Assembly (NCBI GenBank): GCA_043771175.1
Contig: JAYVHO010000012.1
Location: 1 to 57,487 of the forward strand
Direction: 5' to 3'
Source of the DNA: a bacterium
GTDB taxonomy: Bacteria > Patescibacteriota > Minisyncoccia > Phycocordibacterales > UBA1006
Length of the DNA stretch: 57,487 nt
Both the position numbers and the translations under genes were made by a program. This document shows positions 29,401-37,849 of the stretch, one piece after another. The notes under the pieces were generated by a model that made no database searches, was not told the DNA's origin, and worked only from the letters and a program-made list of their open reading frames with translations. Each line of letters starts with the position of its first letter. The first letter of the stretch is position 1.

Positions 29401-32400
29401 ATTAATTTTATTTCATGTGCAATTACCGGTAGTAATGCATTTCAGGATACCTGTACGGAAAATGGAAAAGTTGAGTATGCCTATGATGGTGGTGTTTTTG
29501 GTTTAGATATATTTGGTAAGTCATACAATTTTTCTGGATTTAGAACAGTAAAGAAGAAAACGTATAATCAAAATAATCAGCTTTTGGATAATGCGGTATA
29601 CACCTATAACGTAAACGAAAGTACCTATCCTGATTATTATAGAAATGCCATAAATAAGTCATTGCAAGGTATCGAATATTACGGATCAAATGGAAATATT
29701 ATTAAATCATCCTATTATTCATATTATGTATTTAACCAAGATCATATAACAACGAAGCAAGAATTTAAATCGATTCGTCCATCATATGAATTTAATAGTG
29801 TTTCAAGCTCATCATCTACCATTGAGCTTGATAACAAGATATATTTTTATAATTCAACAAAGCAATTAGCTAAAGTGTGCTACGGCACTAATAATCATAT
29901 AACTGGTGATGTGAATGCGTGCGGGCTTAAAAATGATGTTTTTTTCTATACGAGTCCATACTGGGGAGAGATATTTAAAACAGAAACATATAATTCAGCG
30001 GGGTTTAAAGTAAAATCAAATGAATTTTACTATGATAATTTGGCCCTTGGTTTAACTTCGGCTGCACGCAACCTTACTCAAACGGTTGAATCAGTTGATG
30101 ATTCCAGTTTAAAAAATGAAACCTATGAATATAATTCGAAAGGAAGATTAACTAAAAAAATATTCCACGGAGGTAGAAGTATTACGTATGCATATGAACC
30201 AAATCAATTGTTTGTTACATCAGAAACGGATCAATTAGGTTACATTACTACAAACACCTGGAACTATGGTTTTGCTAAGCCACAAACTAAAACACTACCT
30301 GATGGGGGAATTATTAGTTATACCTATGATGGGCTTGGGACTCCAACGCAAACTATGCTTGCGTATGGTGTTAAGAAAAGAATCAGTCAGGTGATTGAAT
30401 ATCCATGCCAATCAGTATGTGCATCATGGCTTTCATATAGAATAGTAAGTTCATCAAATAATACCAGTAACGGTGAGAATATGTCAGAAGAATCGTATCA
30501 ATTATTAGATGGATGGGGTGAAGTAGTTTCTGAAAGAATCAATAAAGGGATTGCAAAAGGGGTTGCGTCATATGTATATTCACATACCGTGCGTGATGTT
30601 CTGGGAAGAATAATAAAAAAATCAATTCCAACGAGTTCAACCACGAAACTTTCACAAGATTATACGACAACAACATATGACACATTGTCTCGTCCCGTGC
30701 AAGTAGAAAATACACTAGGAATAGTGACCAATATCTATGATGGTATGTATGTTACCACTACAAAACCAAGCGGTAATAAAAAGATGGTGAGATACAATAC
30801 GTCAGGAGGAATCGCTGCTGTTTATGAATACCTTACACCAACATCAACACCGTTTGTCACTTCATATTGGTATGACCACAATAACAATATAAAAGGTATT
30901 ACTAATGCGGCAGGACAATCAAAATTCTTTACCTATAATCATATAGGACAATTGACATATGTTACTGATTTTAAGTCGTCAAATGACACTACCTATATGT
31001 CAAATTCGATCATATATTATATTTCATCGGGTGCAGTGTTTCAGTCAAAAGATGATGTTCCAGGTACCTCTACGTGGAATTATGTGGATAATTTAGGTCG
31101 TAGTACGATGTTGTTTTATCAAAACCCTGCACTCACAGGAAGTGCATCATTTGAAAATCGGTATTCGTACACGTATGATACTTGTGTTGGTGGTATCAGA
31201 AAAGTTTGTTCAGTAACAAGTAATAAAAATAACTATAAAGATGAATATACCTATGGAGCATTCGGGCAGATTACTACTTTTAAAAGAACACTCCTCGCAC
31301 CAAAACCAGGTGCAGCTGCGTCAGCGATCGCGTACAGCGTTTCATATGAATATAATCAACGTGGTGCTGTTTCAAAAATTATTTACCCAAACAATTCATA
31401 TGTCAGATATACGTATGGTGACTTTGAAAAGGTAGAAAATGTTTATTACTTTTCACCTATCACCAATCAAGAACTTTTAATTGGAACATATACATACAAT
31501 GCACTTGGGCAACCAGTGACGGTTGCAACTCGCCAAGGAACATATACTAATCAATACAACTCAAATAAGCTTAATCAATTATCAACAAAAACATTTAAGC
31601 GTCGTGGTGATTCAAAATCACTACTATCAACTAGTTTTATTTATGATAGTGATGGAAATTTAGTATTCATAAATGATGCACCACAAGTAGGTGATGCTAC
31701 TATGAAGACGTACCAATATGATGGCCTTGGAAGACTTACTCAATCAGGGTACAGCAATAATAATCCATCTGTTCCAAATACTACCGACACGTACACATAT
31801 GCTTCAACCGGTGTGTTAATGCAAAAAAATCTGACAACCGTAAATAAATCTCCTAGCACCACCACTACGGTAGTTACCAATTACCAATACGGTGGCACCA
31901 GTTATGAAAGCCCCTATGCACCAACACAAATTGGAGACACAACCCTTACCTATGATACCTATGGAAACGTAATTCGATATAACACCATCGGTCCAGACAA
32001 AGGAACAGAAATAACATACAACGGCTTGCGCCAAATTGAAACCGTTAAAGATTATTCAGGAGTTCAAAAAACTAAAGCGTCAACCATTACAGTATTTCCA
32101 GATGTACAAGTTAATTCACCAAGTGTTCCTTATACGTTCACTGACGAGGAGGGATCATTAGTTAATTCATTAGCAGAAGTTGACACGGCAGGTGTAATTG
32201 AACCTCAGTCAACGGTACCTGCTCCTGTGGTATCTGCAGGTGGGGGAGGAGGAGGCGGTGGTGGCGGTGGTTCACCAGGTCCAGTACCAGTACAAAAAGT
32301 TGCCGGAACTTCAGTGGTTGTTATTGATGATTATTGTCAATTGATAGAACTTGGCACTACTAATTCAAAATCACTCACATCAAATATCCTTACATTGGAA

Positions 32401-33939
32401 TCAATTTTGGTAAATAAATTGTTCCTTTCAAAAAAATACCGTGATGGAAAATGGGATATACAAACAACACGTGCAATGAAACGACTTCAATCAAAGATGA
32501 GGGTCAAGCAAACGGGGGTGTTTGATATCACAACCAAAAAAGCAGTTTCAAAAAATCTATGTAATAAGAAAGAATTAAAGAATAGTACCTTATTAAAACT
32601 ATTCTCTGAAATTAAAGTAGCGTTTGAGCCAAAGAAAGCCTATGCAGAAGTAGTCATGAAACCAGGTACTAAAATAACCGGCCCCGTATCAATCCGCCAA
32701 GGAGCGTCCCGCGGAGTCTATCAAGGAACCATCACCGGCCCCTGCACCATTGTTGGTGCCTACACCACCTGTACCACCAAATCTCTCCCTCATGCTCAAA
32801 TGACCTATGATGACAGTGGTCAAAGAATCCAATACATAACTCCAGATTCTATAGAAACCACTATAGTCCCAGAATACGTAGTAAAAAACAACAAACCAAC
32901 GCTTACTATTACCATAGAAGGAATCCCCCTCATCATCATAGAAGACTCCGCAAACACCTATCCGGTAGTAGATTACCAAAACTCTCCCAAACTCCTTCTC
33001 AACCAATACTCTCAACGTATAGAAGAACGAGACTACACTGACTACGGATCAGAAAGATACACCAGATCTACCACTCCATCATCTAAAACAGATAAAACCT
33101 ACACTAACCACCAATTAGATAATGAAATACGGTTTCAGTACTTAGGTGCACGGTACTATGACCCTGAACTATCTATCTTTCTAACGATGGATCCTGCTAC
33201 AACATACGTTCCTCAAGATATATTAAATCCTCAATCATTTAATACGTATGGGTATGCAGAGGGGAATCCGGTGATGAAGGTGGATCCGGATGGAGAAAAT
33301 GCCGTTGATGTATCTGTTGGAATAGGTACTGGAATATATGGAACCACCGTAGGTACTATACAAACAGTATGGATAATCATGGCAAGTCCATATTCAAAAG
33401 CTGCTGCCGAACAGTATCAAGAATTAACAAGTCAAACAGCTGATTTCTATATTGATGCTGGTAAAGGAGCTGCATATCTTGCTCAAGATCCACAAGGATT
33501 TACTAATGATCTTGTTACCTTAACCAAGGCAGATGGTGGTGCTGCAATAGGTCAAGCTATTGGTGCGGGGATAGGAGCAGGGATTGTGACTGCTGGGGTG
33601 GGGAGGATAAGCACAGCGGGGAGTGTGGCAAAAGTTTCGACAACTGCCGAAGTGGGAACTTATTCAACATACCGTGGATTTGATGCTAATACTGGAGCTG
33701 TAAAATATACCGGTATAACAAGCAGAAATCCAATTATAAGATTTAATGAGCATTTAAAGTCAGCAGGAACTGGAAAAGAAAATTTAAGATATAGGGTAAC
33801 AGAAGCAAATATTACAAAGAATGCAGCCAAGAAAATTGAACAAGCTGATATAAATAAATTTGGTCTTCAAAAAAATGGTGGACAATTGTTGAACAAGATA
33901 AATTCGATTGGCAAAAAGATTATAAAAAAGCTAAAATAA
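26500..33939 (+). CDS. RHS/YD-repeat polymorphic toxin (signal peptide, SpvB-like, FG-GAP/VCBS repeats, YD repeats, RHS core, GIY-YIG-like C-terminal toxin)
   Basis: Signal peptide ending VHA; VDNTTGAMSFDIPF...QLSLSYNSS...GWNF (SpvB-like); repeated DxNGDGxxD; core RYYDPELSIFLTMDP...GNPVMKVDPDG; tip YTGITSRNPIIRFNEH...IEQ...GGQLLNKINSI. Confidence 0.93.
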   Translation: MKKPLWYKQLTVLLICSLLMQNLFAFTLVHAQEEVVIETPLTNSSSVDVPFLIPQEVISGELPNRTQDVLPSEVLKVEIPTETPKPQLSDSAPDIAPDTTNLNPDTTNSLAAVAEKEQTGRNAPSITSATEPFQQTAVLQKPQYVAKPDVDNTTGAMSFDIPFEIPIPEMIDQKLVPQLSLSYNSSNTAKNTPFAYGWNFDIPSIYRINERGTDKMYQYSTSLMSSKYGIIRYINDGYSVYNADVIPQEIKSKNMNAYPKELEFGYQKDITKETYQLFAKPNNESVKESTIAGDVANDITSSVIVVDTTTENSFSSSNQAKQVFTPAIEVPSTNINPTAPVSQNAMVPIIDNGTQTEIILNSATYIERSSDGYMYYYGYDDSSRQNSATDPYKIYKWALSKIISPKGDRTEYYYIESNGQLYISNIKYGLNTTTDTGAYSIDFTYNMITPFKAYDTGFEVVTDRLLSEVVVKSMITNQVVYKYQLNYSIDSSFSYNLLNSVNKISATNSESLYSFGYTTGGGQFSTTGIPMTTASGGQNANCSIQDSIDGLCRQLLDLNGDGLTDYYTIDNTYGYLTVKWYINNGVEFVYYSNSQISLNNTGGSYNMVFDVNGDNMPDLITHELNGSKNVFINNGEKWQYRYDWIAPPFSLRNFSLRSDVKNFGVTYSDGCWTGEWNCSVFKGFIFDINKDGLNDIFRLKGAQDQELWINNGSGWTLDTSGNFKISFTSYETFSTIMSDNVKYSLVDINGDGYEDFFKQSSENSTSYMAYLYNPSNLQWYYVGAFSPSFNVCGLYSSCPFSMSDLNNDGLIDIFTNSRIYLNKGYDFSLVFDRDPNTGQVNVNNGFSMASVPHNNIAAFSSFSGNGSVDVYTTNNSVQYTSNGKDGFATLNGWNANEAYQQKFIDMNGDTMTDKVTQNAVYLNQATTPGLLNSIKNKYGGVAQVNYKTSTAYTTHQGYTAPIKTVASINFISCAITGSNAFQDTCTENGKVEYAYDGGVFGLDIFGKSYNFSGFRTVKKKTYNQNNQLLDNAVYTYNVNESTYPDYYRNAINKSLQGIEYYGSNGNIIKSSYYSYYVFNQDHITTKQEFKSIRPSYEFNSVSSSSSTIELDNKIYFYNSTKQLAKVCYGTNNHITGDVNACGLKNDVFFYTSPYWGEIFKTETYNSAGFKVKSNEFYYDNLALGLTSAARNLTQTVESVDDSSLKNETYEYNSKGRLTKKIFHGGRSITYAYEPNQLFVTSETDQLGYITTNTWNYGFAKPQTKTLPDGGIISYTYDGLGTPTQTMLAYGVKKRISQVIEYPCQSVCASWLSYRIVSSSNNTSNGENMSEESYQLLDGWGEVVSERINKGIAKGVASYVYSHTVRDVLGRIIKKSIPTSSTTKLSQDYTTTTYDTLSRPVQVENTLGIVTNIYDGMYVTTTKPSGNKKMVRYNTSGGIAAVYEYLTPTSTPFVTSYWYDHNNNIKGITNAAGQSKFFTYNHIGQLTYVTDFKSSNDTTYMSNSIIYYISSGAVFQSKDDVPGTSTWNYVDNLGRSTMLFYQNPALTGSASFENRYSYTYDTCVGGIRKVCSVTSNKNNYKDEYTYGAFGQITTFKRTLLAPKPGAAASAIAYSVSYEYNQRGAVSKIIYPNNSYVRYTYGDFEKVENVYYFSPITNQELLIGTYTYNALGQPVTVATRQGTYTNQYNSNKLNQLSTKTFKRRGDSKSLLSTSFIYDSDGNLVFINDAPQVGDATMKTYQYDGLGRLTQSGYSNNNPSVPNTTDTYTYASTGVLMQKNLTTVNKSPSTTTTVVTNYQYGGTSYESPYAPTQIGDTTLTYDTYGNVIRYNTIGPDKGTEITYNGLRQIETVKDYSGVQKTKASTITVFPDVQVNSPSVPYTFTDEEGSLVNSLAEVDTAGVIEPQSTVPAPVVSAGGGGGGGGGGGSPGPVPVQKVAGTSVVVIDDYCQLIELGTTNSKSLTSNILTLESILVNKLFLSKKYRDGKWDIQTTRAMKRLQSKMRVKQTGVFDITTKKAVSKNLCNKKELKNSTLLKLFSEIKVAFEPKKAYAEVVMKPGTKITGPVSIRQGASRGVYQGTITGPCTIVGAYTTCTTKSLPHAQMTYDDSGQRIQYITPDSIETTIVPEYVVKNNKPTLTITIEGIPLIIIEDSANTYPVVDYQNSPKLLLNQYSQRIEERDYTDYGSERYTRSTTPSSKTDKTYTNHQLDNEIRFQYLGARYYDPELSIFLTMDPATTYVPQDILNPQSFNTYGYAEGNPVMKVDPDGENAVDVSVGIGTGIYGTTVGTIQTVWIIMASPYSKAAAEQYQELTSQTADFYIDAGKGAAYLAQDPQGFTNDLVTLTKADGGAAIGQAIGAGIGAGIVTAGVGRISTAGSVAKVSTTAEVGTYSTYRGFDANTGAVKYTGITSRNPIIRFNEHLKSAGTGKENLRYRVTEANITKNAAKKIEQADINKFGLQKNGGQLLNKINSIGKKIIKKLK

Positions 33940-33940
33940 T

Positions 33941-34471
33941 ATGATGAATATACTCAAAAGATACAAACCAAAAATTGGAGATTATTACGTAATCCCAATA
34001 CATGAAAGAAATACAAAATATTACTTCCAAATAGTAGGAGTAGATGAAATACAATTGGGAAGTGAAGTAATTGTAATTCTTGATAAAGAATATAAGATGC
34101 AAGAAAATCCAACAACTGAAGAGTTAGATTCACATGCAATGTTGTTCTATACACATGTATTTGTTCCCGTCGGTGTAAAACATAAAGTTTGGGAATATTC
34201 AGGTATAAATAGTAAATTAAACGATAGATATTTAAAAGAAGAATTTAAATTCAAAGGATCTAGTGATAGTGGTGAATTAAATTATCAACTTTCTTCAGAT
34301 TGGAAAATATGGAAACTTGGTGACAAAGAATGGGCTAGTGTTGTAAAAATTCCAAAAGACTTTGTTGATTCTGAAAACGATTTAGTCTTTACACCATTAG
34401 ATGTAAAAGACAGAATTGCAAATGGTAGTTATAAAATAGACTGGTATCCTCTCTTCGAAATCGAAGAATAA
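33941..34471 (+). CDS. Immunity protein, Imm26-like
   Basis: Starts 2 nt after the toxin stop; KIGDYYVIPI...YFQIVG N-terminal pattern resembles Imm26. Confidence 0.7.
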   Translation: MMNILKRYKPKIGDYYVIPIHERNTKYYFQIVGVDEIQLGSEVIVILDKEYKMQENPTTEELDSHAMLFYTHVFVPVGVKHKVWEYSGINSKLNDRYLKEEFKFKGSSDSGELNYQLSSDWKIWKLGDKEWASVVKIPKDFVDSENDLVFTPLDVKDRIANGSYKIDWYPLFEIEE

Positions 34472-34499
34472 ACATTATTAAATTAATCAAAATAACTAT

Positions 34500-34688
34500 A
34501 TGAAATATATACAAAACATAAAATCAATCATAACGGTAATCGGATTACTTATCGTGTATATGATTTTCGAATTCATAGCTCCAAATGTTACTTCTGATAC
34601 CATAGATACGCTATTTGGAAATCTTATTGGTATTGGACTTGTTGTGGCTTTGATTATTGACTTGATGAGATATTTGAAGAAAAAGTAA
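34500..34688 (+). CDS. Small two-TM hypothetical protein
   Basis: 62 aa with two hydrophobic helices, in the toxin operon orientation. Confidence 0.55.
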   Translation: MKYIQNIKSIITVIGLLIVYMIFEFIAPNVTSDTIDTLFGNLIGIGLVVALIIDLMRYLKKK

Positions 34689-34689
34689 A

Positions 34690-35643
34690 ATCATTACCAT
34701 AGAAGACTCCGCAAACACCTATCCGGTAGTAGATTACCAAAACTCTCCCAAACTCCTTCTCAATCAATACTCTCAACGTATAGAAGAACGAGACTACACA
34801 GACTACGGATCAGAACGATACACCAGATCTACCACTACATCATCTAAAACAGATAAAACCTACACTAATCACATATTAGATAATGAAATACGTTTCCAGT
34901 ACTTAGGTGCTAGATACTATGATCCTGAATTATCTATCTTTCTGACGATGGATCCTGCTACAACATACGTTCCACAAGATATATTAAATCCTCAATCATT
35001 TAATACGTATGGGTATGCGGAGGGGAATCCGGTGATGAAGGTGGATCCGGATGGGAAGGAGCCAAAACAAGGTCAACTTGCAACATTATCTCAAGTTGTT
35101 GAATATATAACCTATAAAAACATAAGTAATTATCAAAATCAAATTAGTTTCGGAGAACTAGCAAAAGCATTTGGGGATAATGTGAAATGGGATAAAAATA
35201 TTGGTGGTGGGTACGTTATGATTCAATCTGGCTCACCAAGATATATTTATACCGAAAATTCAGGATGGATTGATATGCAGCATTTCTTTGGCTCAGCCGA
35301 ATATACACAAAAATATGGTAAAAACATAACTTTAGTAGGTGGTTATTTGTTTGAATTACTTCAAGAACAAGTCTTGAAAGGACAAAAGGCATCAGGTTTT
35401 TCATACGAAGACATAACCTCAAATTATTATGGTGCTCAATTTTCAAAACAGTATTCATTAAAAATTAAAAATGGTGATATTACAGTACAAGATGCAATAT
35501 ATGAGTTTTTTAATATGATGGAACCTAAAAAACCAATTGAATCACCAAATATTGATAAAATCCCGTTTCAAACAAATAAATCCGGGCCATCTCAAAAATC
35601 AAACACTGTAAAAAAGAAAAATAATAAAAAGAAAAATAAATAG
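34690..35643 (+). pseudogene. Orphan RHS core plus alternative C-terminal toxin cassette (no native start)
   Basis: The frame is open from 34678 with no ATG until the internal Met at 34948. After DPDG comes an unrelated tip containing RYIYTENSGWIDMQHFF...FSYEDITSNYYG. Confidence 0.88.
34698..35054 (+). repeat. Direct repeat of the RHS core (copy of 32937-33293)
   Basis: 357 bp, ungapped at offset 1761, with about 17 substitutions by hand count (~95% identity); it ends exactly at the DPDG codons. Confidence 0.95.
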
Positions 35644-35660
35644 TAGAATATAATTATTAT

Positions 35661-36239
35661 ATGAAAAATACTTCAAAAATAAAAAACATAGTTTTGTTCT
35701 CGCTAGGGTTTGTAATTTCTACGCTCATTATTAATACTCTTCAGCTAATTCCTATTAATGAGATCACACCTTTTGTGGCGTGTATAAAAAATGCATTAAG
35801 TGTCATGCTGGCTATAGGCGTAGCGCTAAGTGTTTTTTTTGCATTTTTTGTACTATGGTTAATTATTCAAAAAAAGCTTAATTTGGTATTAAAAAAATAT
35901 AATTTAGTTCTTCTTTCTAAAATAGTATATATAGTAATTACTGGAATAGGTGTTATATATTTCACGGTATCTATTTTATCTATTTTTGATAGATTAGATT
36001 CAAAATATCTCAGTAGTAAAATGGCTAGAGGTGTTTTTGGGAATACCATTGGCCATGAATTGATGTTATCGGACACCAGCGAGAGAGTATACTATAAAAT
36101 GATGATGGGCGATCGTCTTTATTATGAAAAAGGCTCGACGATATTGTATTGTGGATTAGAAAACTATAAAAAATGTGTTCAAGATACTGTCGAGTATAAA
36201 TTTATTAATCAAGATGTATATATTGAATATAATTTGTAA
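35661..36239 (+). CDS. Putative membrane immunity protein for the orphan toxin
   Basis: Directly follows the orphan tip and has three N-terminal TM segments. The role is inferred from position. Confidence 0.55.
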   Translation: MKNTSKIKNIVLFSLGFVISTLIINTLQLIPINEITPFVACIKNALSVMLAIGVALSVFFAFFVLWLIIQKKLNLVLKKYNLVLLSKIVYIVITGIGVIYFTVSILSIFDRLDSKYLSSKMARGVFGNTIGHELMLSDTSERVYYKMMMGDRLYYEKGSTILYCGLENYKKCVQDTVEYKFINQDVYIEYNL

Positions 36240-36257
36240 TTAAATAATGGATGATAT

Positions 36258-36732
36258 ATGAAAGCAAGTAACGAAACAAAAATATGGGTTGCAATAGTAT
36301 TTGTAATTATTGTCTTAATAACAATTAGAATCATATATACCAAAAATGAGACAAAATTTGAAAGAAAACTAACCAATCTTGTACAATCAAAATAACTATA
36401 TTGTTGATGCAAATAATATAATTGATGAAGATTGGGATTATGTGCTTGTGGGTAGAGGAGTTGATTATAATAATGTAGAAATGAAAGATGTTGTTGATTA
36501 TGATAATTTCAAACTTCAAGCATTAGACGGTAACGTTTTGGTATTTTATAAAAATAACAAGATTATACAGATGTCAAACTTTCAAGTTTTGATTGAGGGA
36601 TATAAGCAAAATGAAATATGGATTAATACATCAGATAAAATAATAAAAGTAAATTACGGACATCTCAATTTTATAACAAAGATTATAGATTATGATAAAT
36701 CCGTAATTGAACTTACTTTGTTTTCTAACTAA
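36258..36732 (+). pseudogene. Frameshifted membrane-anchored, immunity-like protein
   Basis: MKASNETKIWVAIVFVIIVLITIRII...LVQSK* joins ...NNYIVDANNIIDEDWDYVLV... if one base is removed, for example from the A4 at 36389-36392. Confidence 0.6.
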
Positions 36733-36734
36733 AA

Positions 36735-36892
36735 ATCACCGGCCCCTGCACCATTGTTGGTGCCTACACCACCTGTACCACCAAATCTCTCCCTCATGCT
36801 CAAATGACGTACGATGACAGTGGTCAACGAATCCAATATATAACACCAGATTCTATAGAAACCACCATCGTTTCAGAATACGTAGTAAAAAA
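36735..36892 (+). repeat. Truncated third copy of the RHS pre-core segment (copy of 32731-32888)
   Basis: 158 bp, ungapped at offset 4004, with mostly third-position changes. It is not followed by a core or a tip. Confidence 0.92.
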
Positions 36893-37081
36893 TCAACACT
36901 TACAATTTTTGAATAAATGGCTATAACCGCATGGTAAATACATGAGATACCATGTACTTTACAAAATATGTAATATATGTTATTATAAGTTTGTCGTGTT
37001 AGAGAACAAGCACGTAAATCCTTGCAGGTGTAAGGTGGTCAGACGTAAAACTGATCGTTCATAACTTAAAAATTAAAAAAG

Positions 37082-37798
37082 ATGACAAAGATTAAAGTAG
37101 GAATTTCGCTTGCGTTCGTTATCCTTATGGGATGTTTCATGTTCGGATTTACCGAATTTATGGGGATATTGTTTAATCCCATTGTTAATTTTCTTTTTGT
37201 GAAGGTACCTGTGTGGTTTAATCTTTTGGAAATCATAGTGGTGTTGATAGTTTATTTTGCATATAACAAGGCAGTTAATAGACAACATCAGCCAGATACA
37301 CTTTCCAGGTCAAGAGAGCTTTTAAAAGAAGCTTTGGCGATTCAACAAAACCCTGCAGAATATGCAAATATTGAAGAACTCAAAAAATTCGAAAAGTTTA
37401 CTCGACACAAAGAAACTACCGATGGCTTTAAAAAAATTTCACAATCTACGGTAAATGCAATTCTTCGACACTTTGATTATAAAACCGTTTTTCATATTAA
37501 TTATGCAGATGGAACTATAAACTGGAATCCCGAAGAAGCTCGAATATTGTGCGGAGCCCTCCAGCAGTGTGAAATGATTGCCGGTTCTGATATTGCTTAT
37601 TCAGTTAAACATAATTTACGTAAATTTTTACGTCAAATTATCGAGCTTGATGACAAGATTTTTAAGAAATCAGGTAGCAAGAAAGCACTGATTTTGTACT
37701 TACAGGAAAATCTAGATATTTATCGAAGAAAATACATAGATTGTGAATTTTTCTTTGGGGTAAAATTTAGTAAAAAAAAGTTAGTTGCCACTATGTAA
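37082..37798 (+). CDS. Hypothetical membrane-anchored protein
   Basis: Two N-terminal TM segments followed by a soluble helical domain. Confidence 0.7.
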   Translation: MTKIKVGISLAFVILMGCFMFGFTEFMGILFNPIVNFLFVKVPVWFNLLEIIVVLIVYFAYNKAVNRQHQPDTLSRSRELLKEALAIQQNPAEYANIEELKKFEKFTRHKETTDGFKKISQSTVNAILRHFDYKTVFHINYADGTINWNPEEARILCGALQQCEMIAGSDIAYSVKHNLRKFLRQIIELDDKIFKKSGSKKALILYLQENLDIYRRKYIDCEFFFGVKFSKKKLVATM

Positions 37799-37849
37799 AA
37801 AAAATAGTGTTTAATTTCTAAAAATCCGCATCGGAATGATGCGGATTTT

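Noticed and set aside
32239-32271. G-rich run in the RHS as a phase-variation tract
   Set aside because: It is mixed GGN codons for poly-Gly with the frame intact; the longest pure G run is 5.
25698-36892. RHS region as a tRNA-Phe-integrated genomic island or prophage
   Set aside because: The region lies on the tRNA's 5' side. I saw no duplicated tRNA 3' end (att site), integrase or phage genes.
36930-37070. catggta-N11-taccatg inverted repeat and short hairpins upstream of 37082 as a riboswitch or operator
   Set aside because: The stems are short and match no riboswitch consensus I recognise, so the sequence alone does not support a call.
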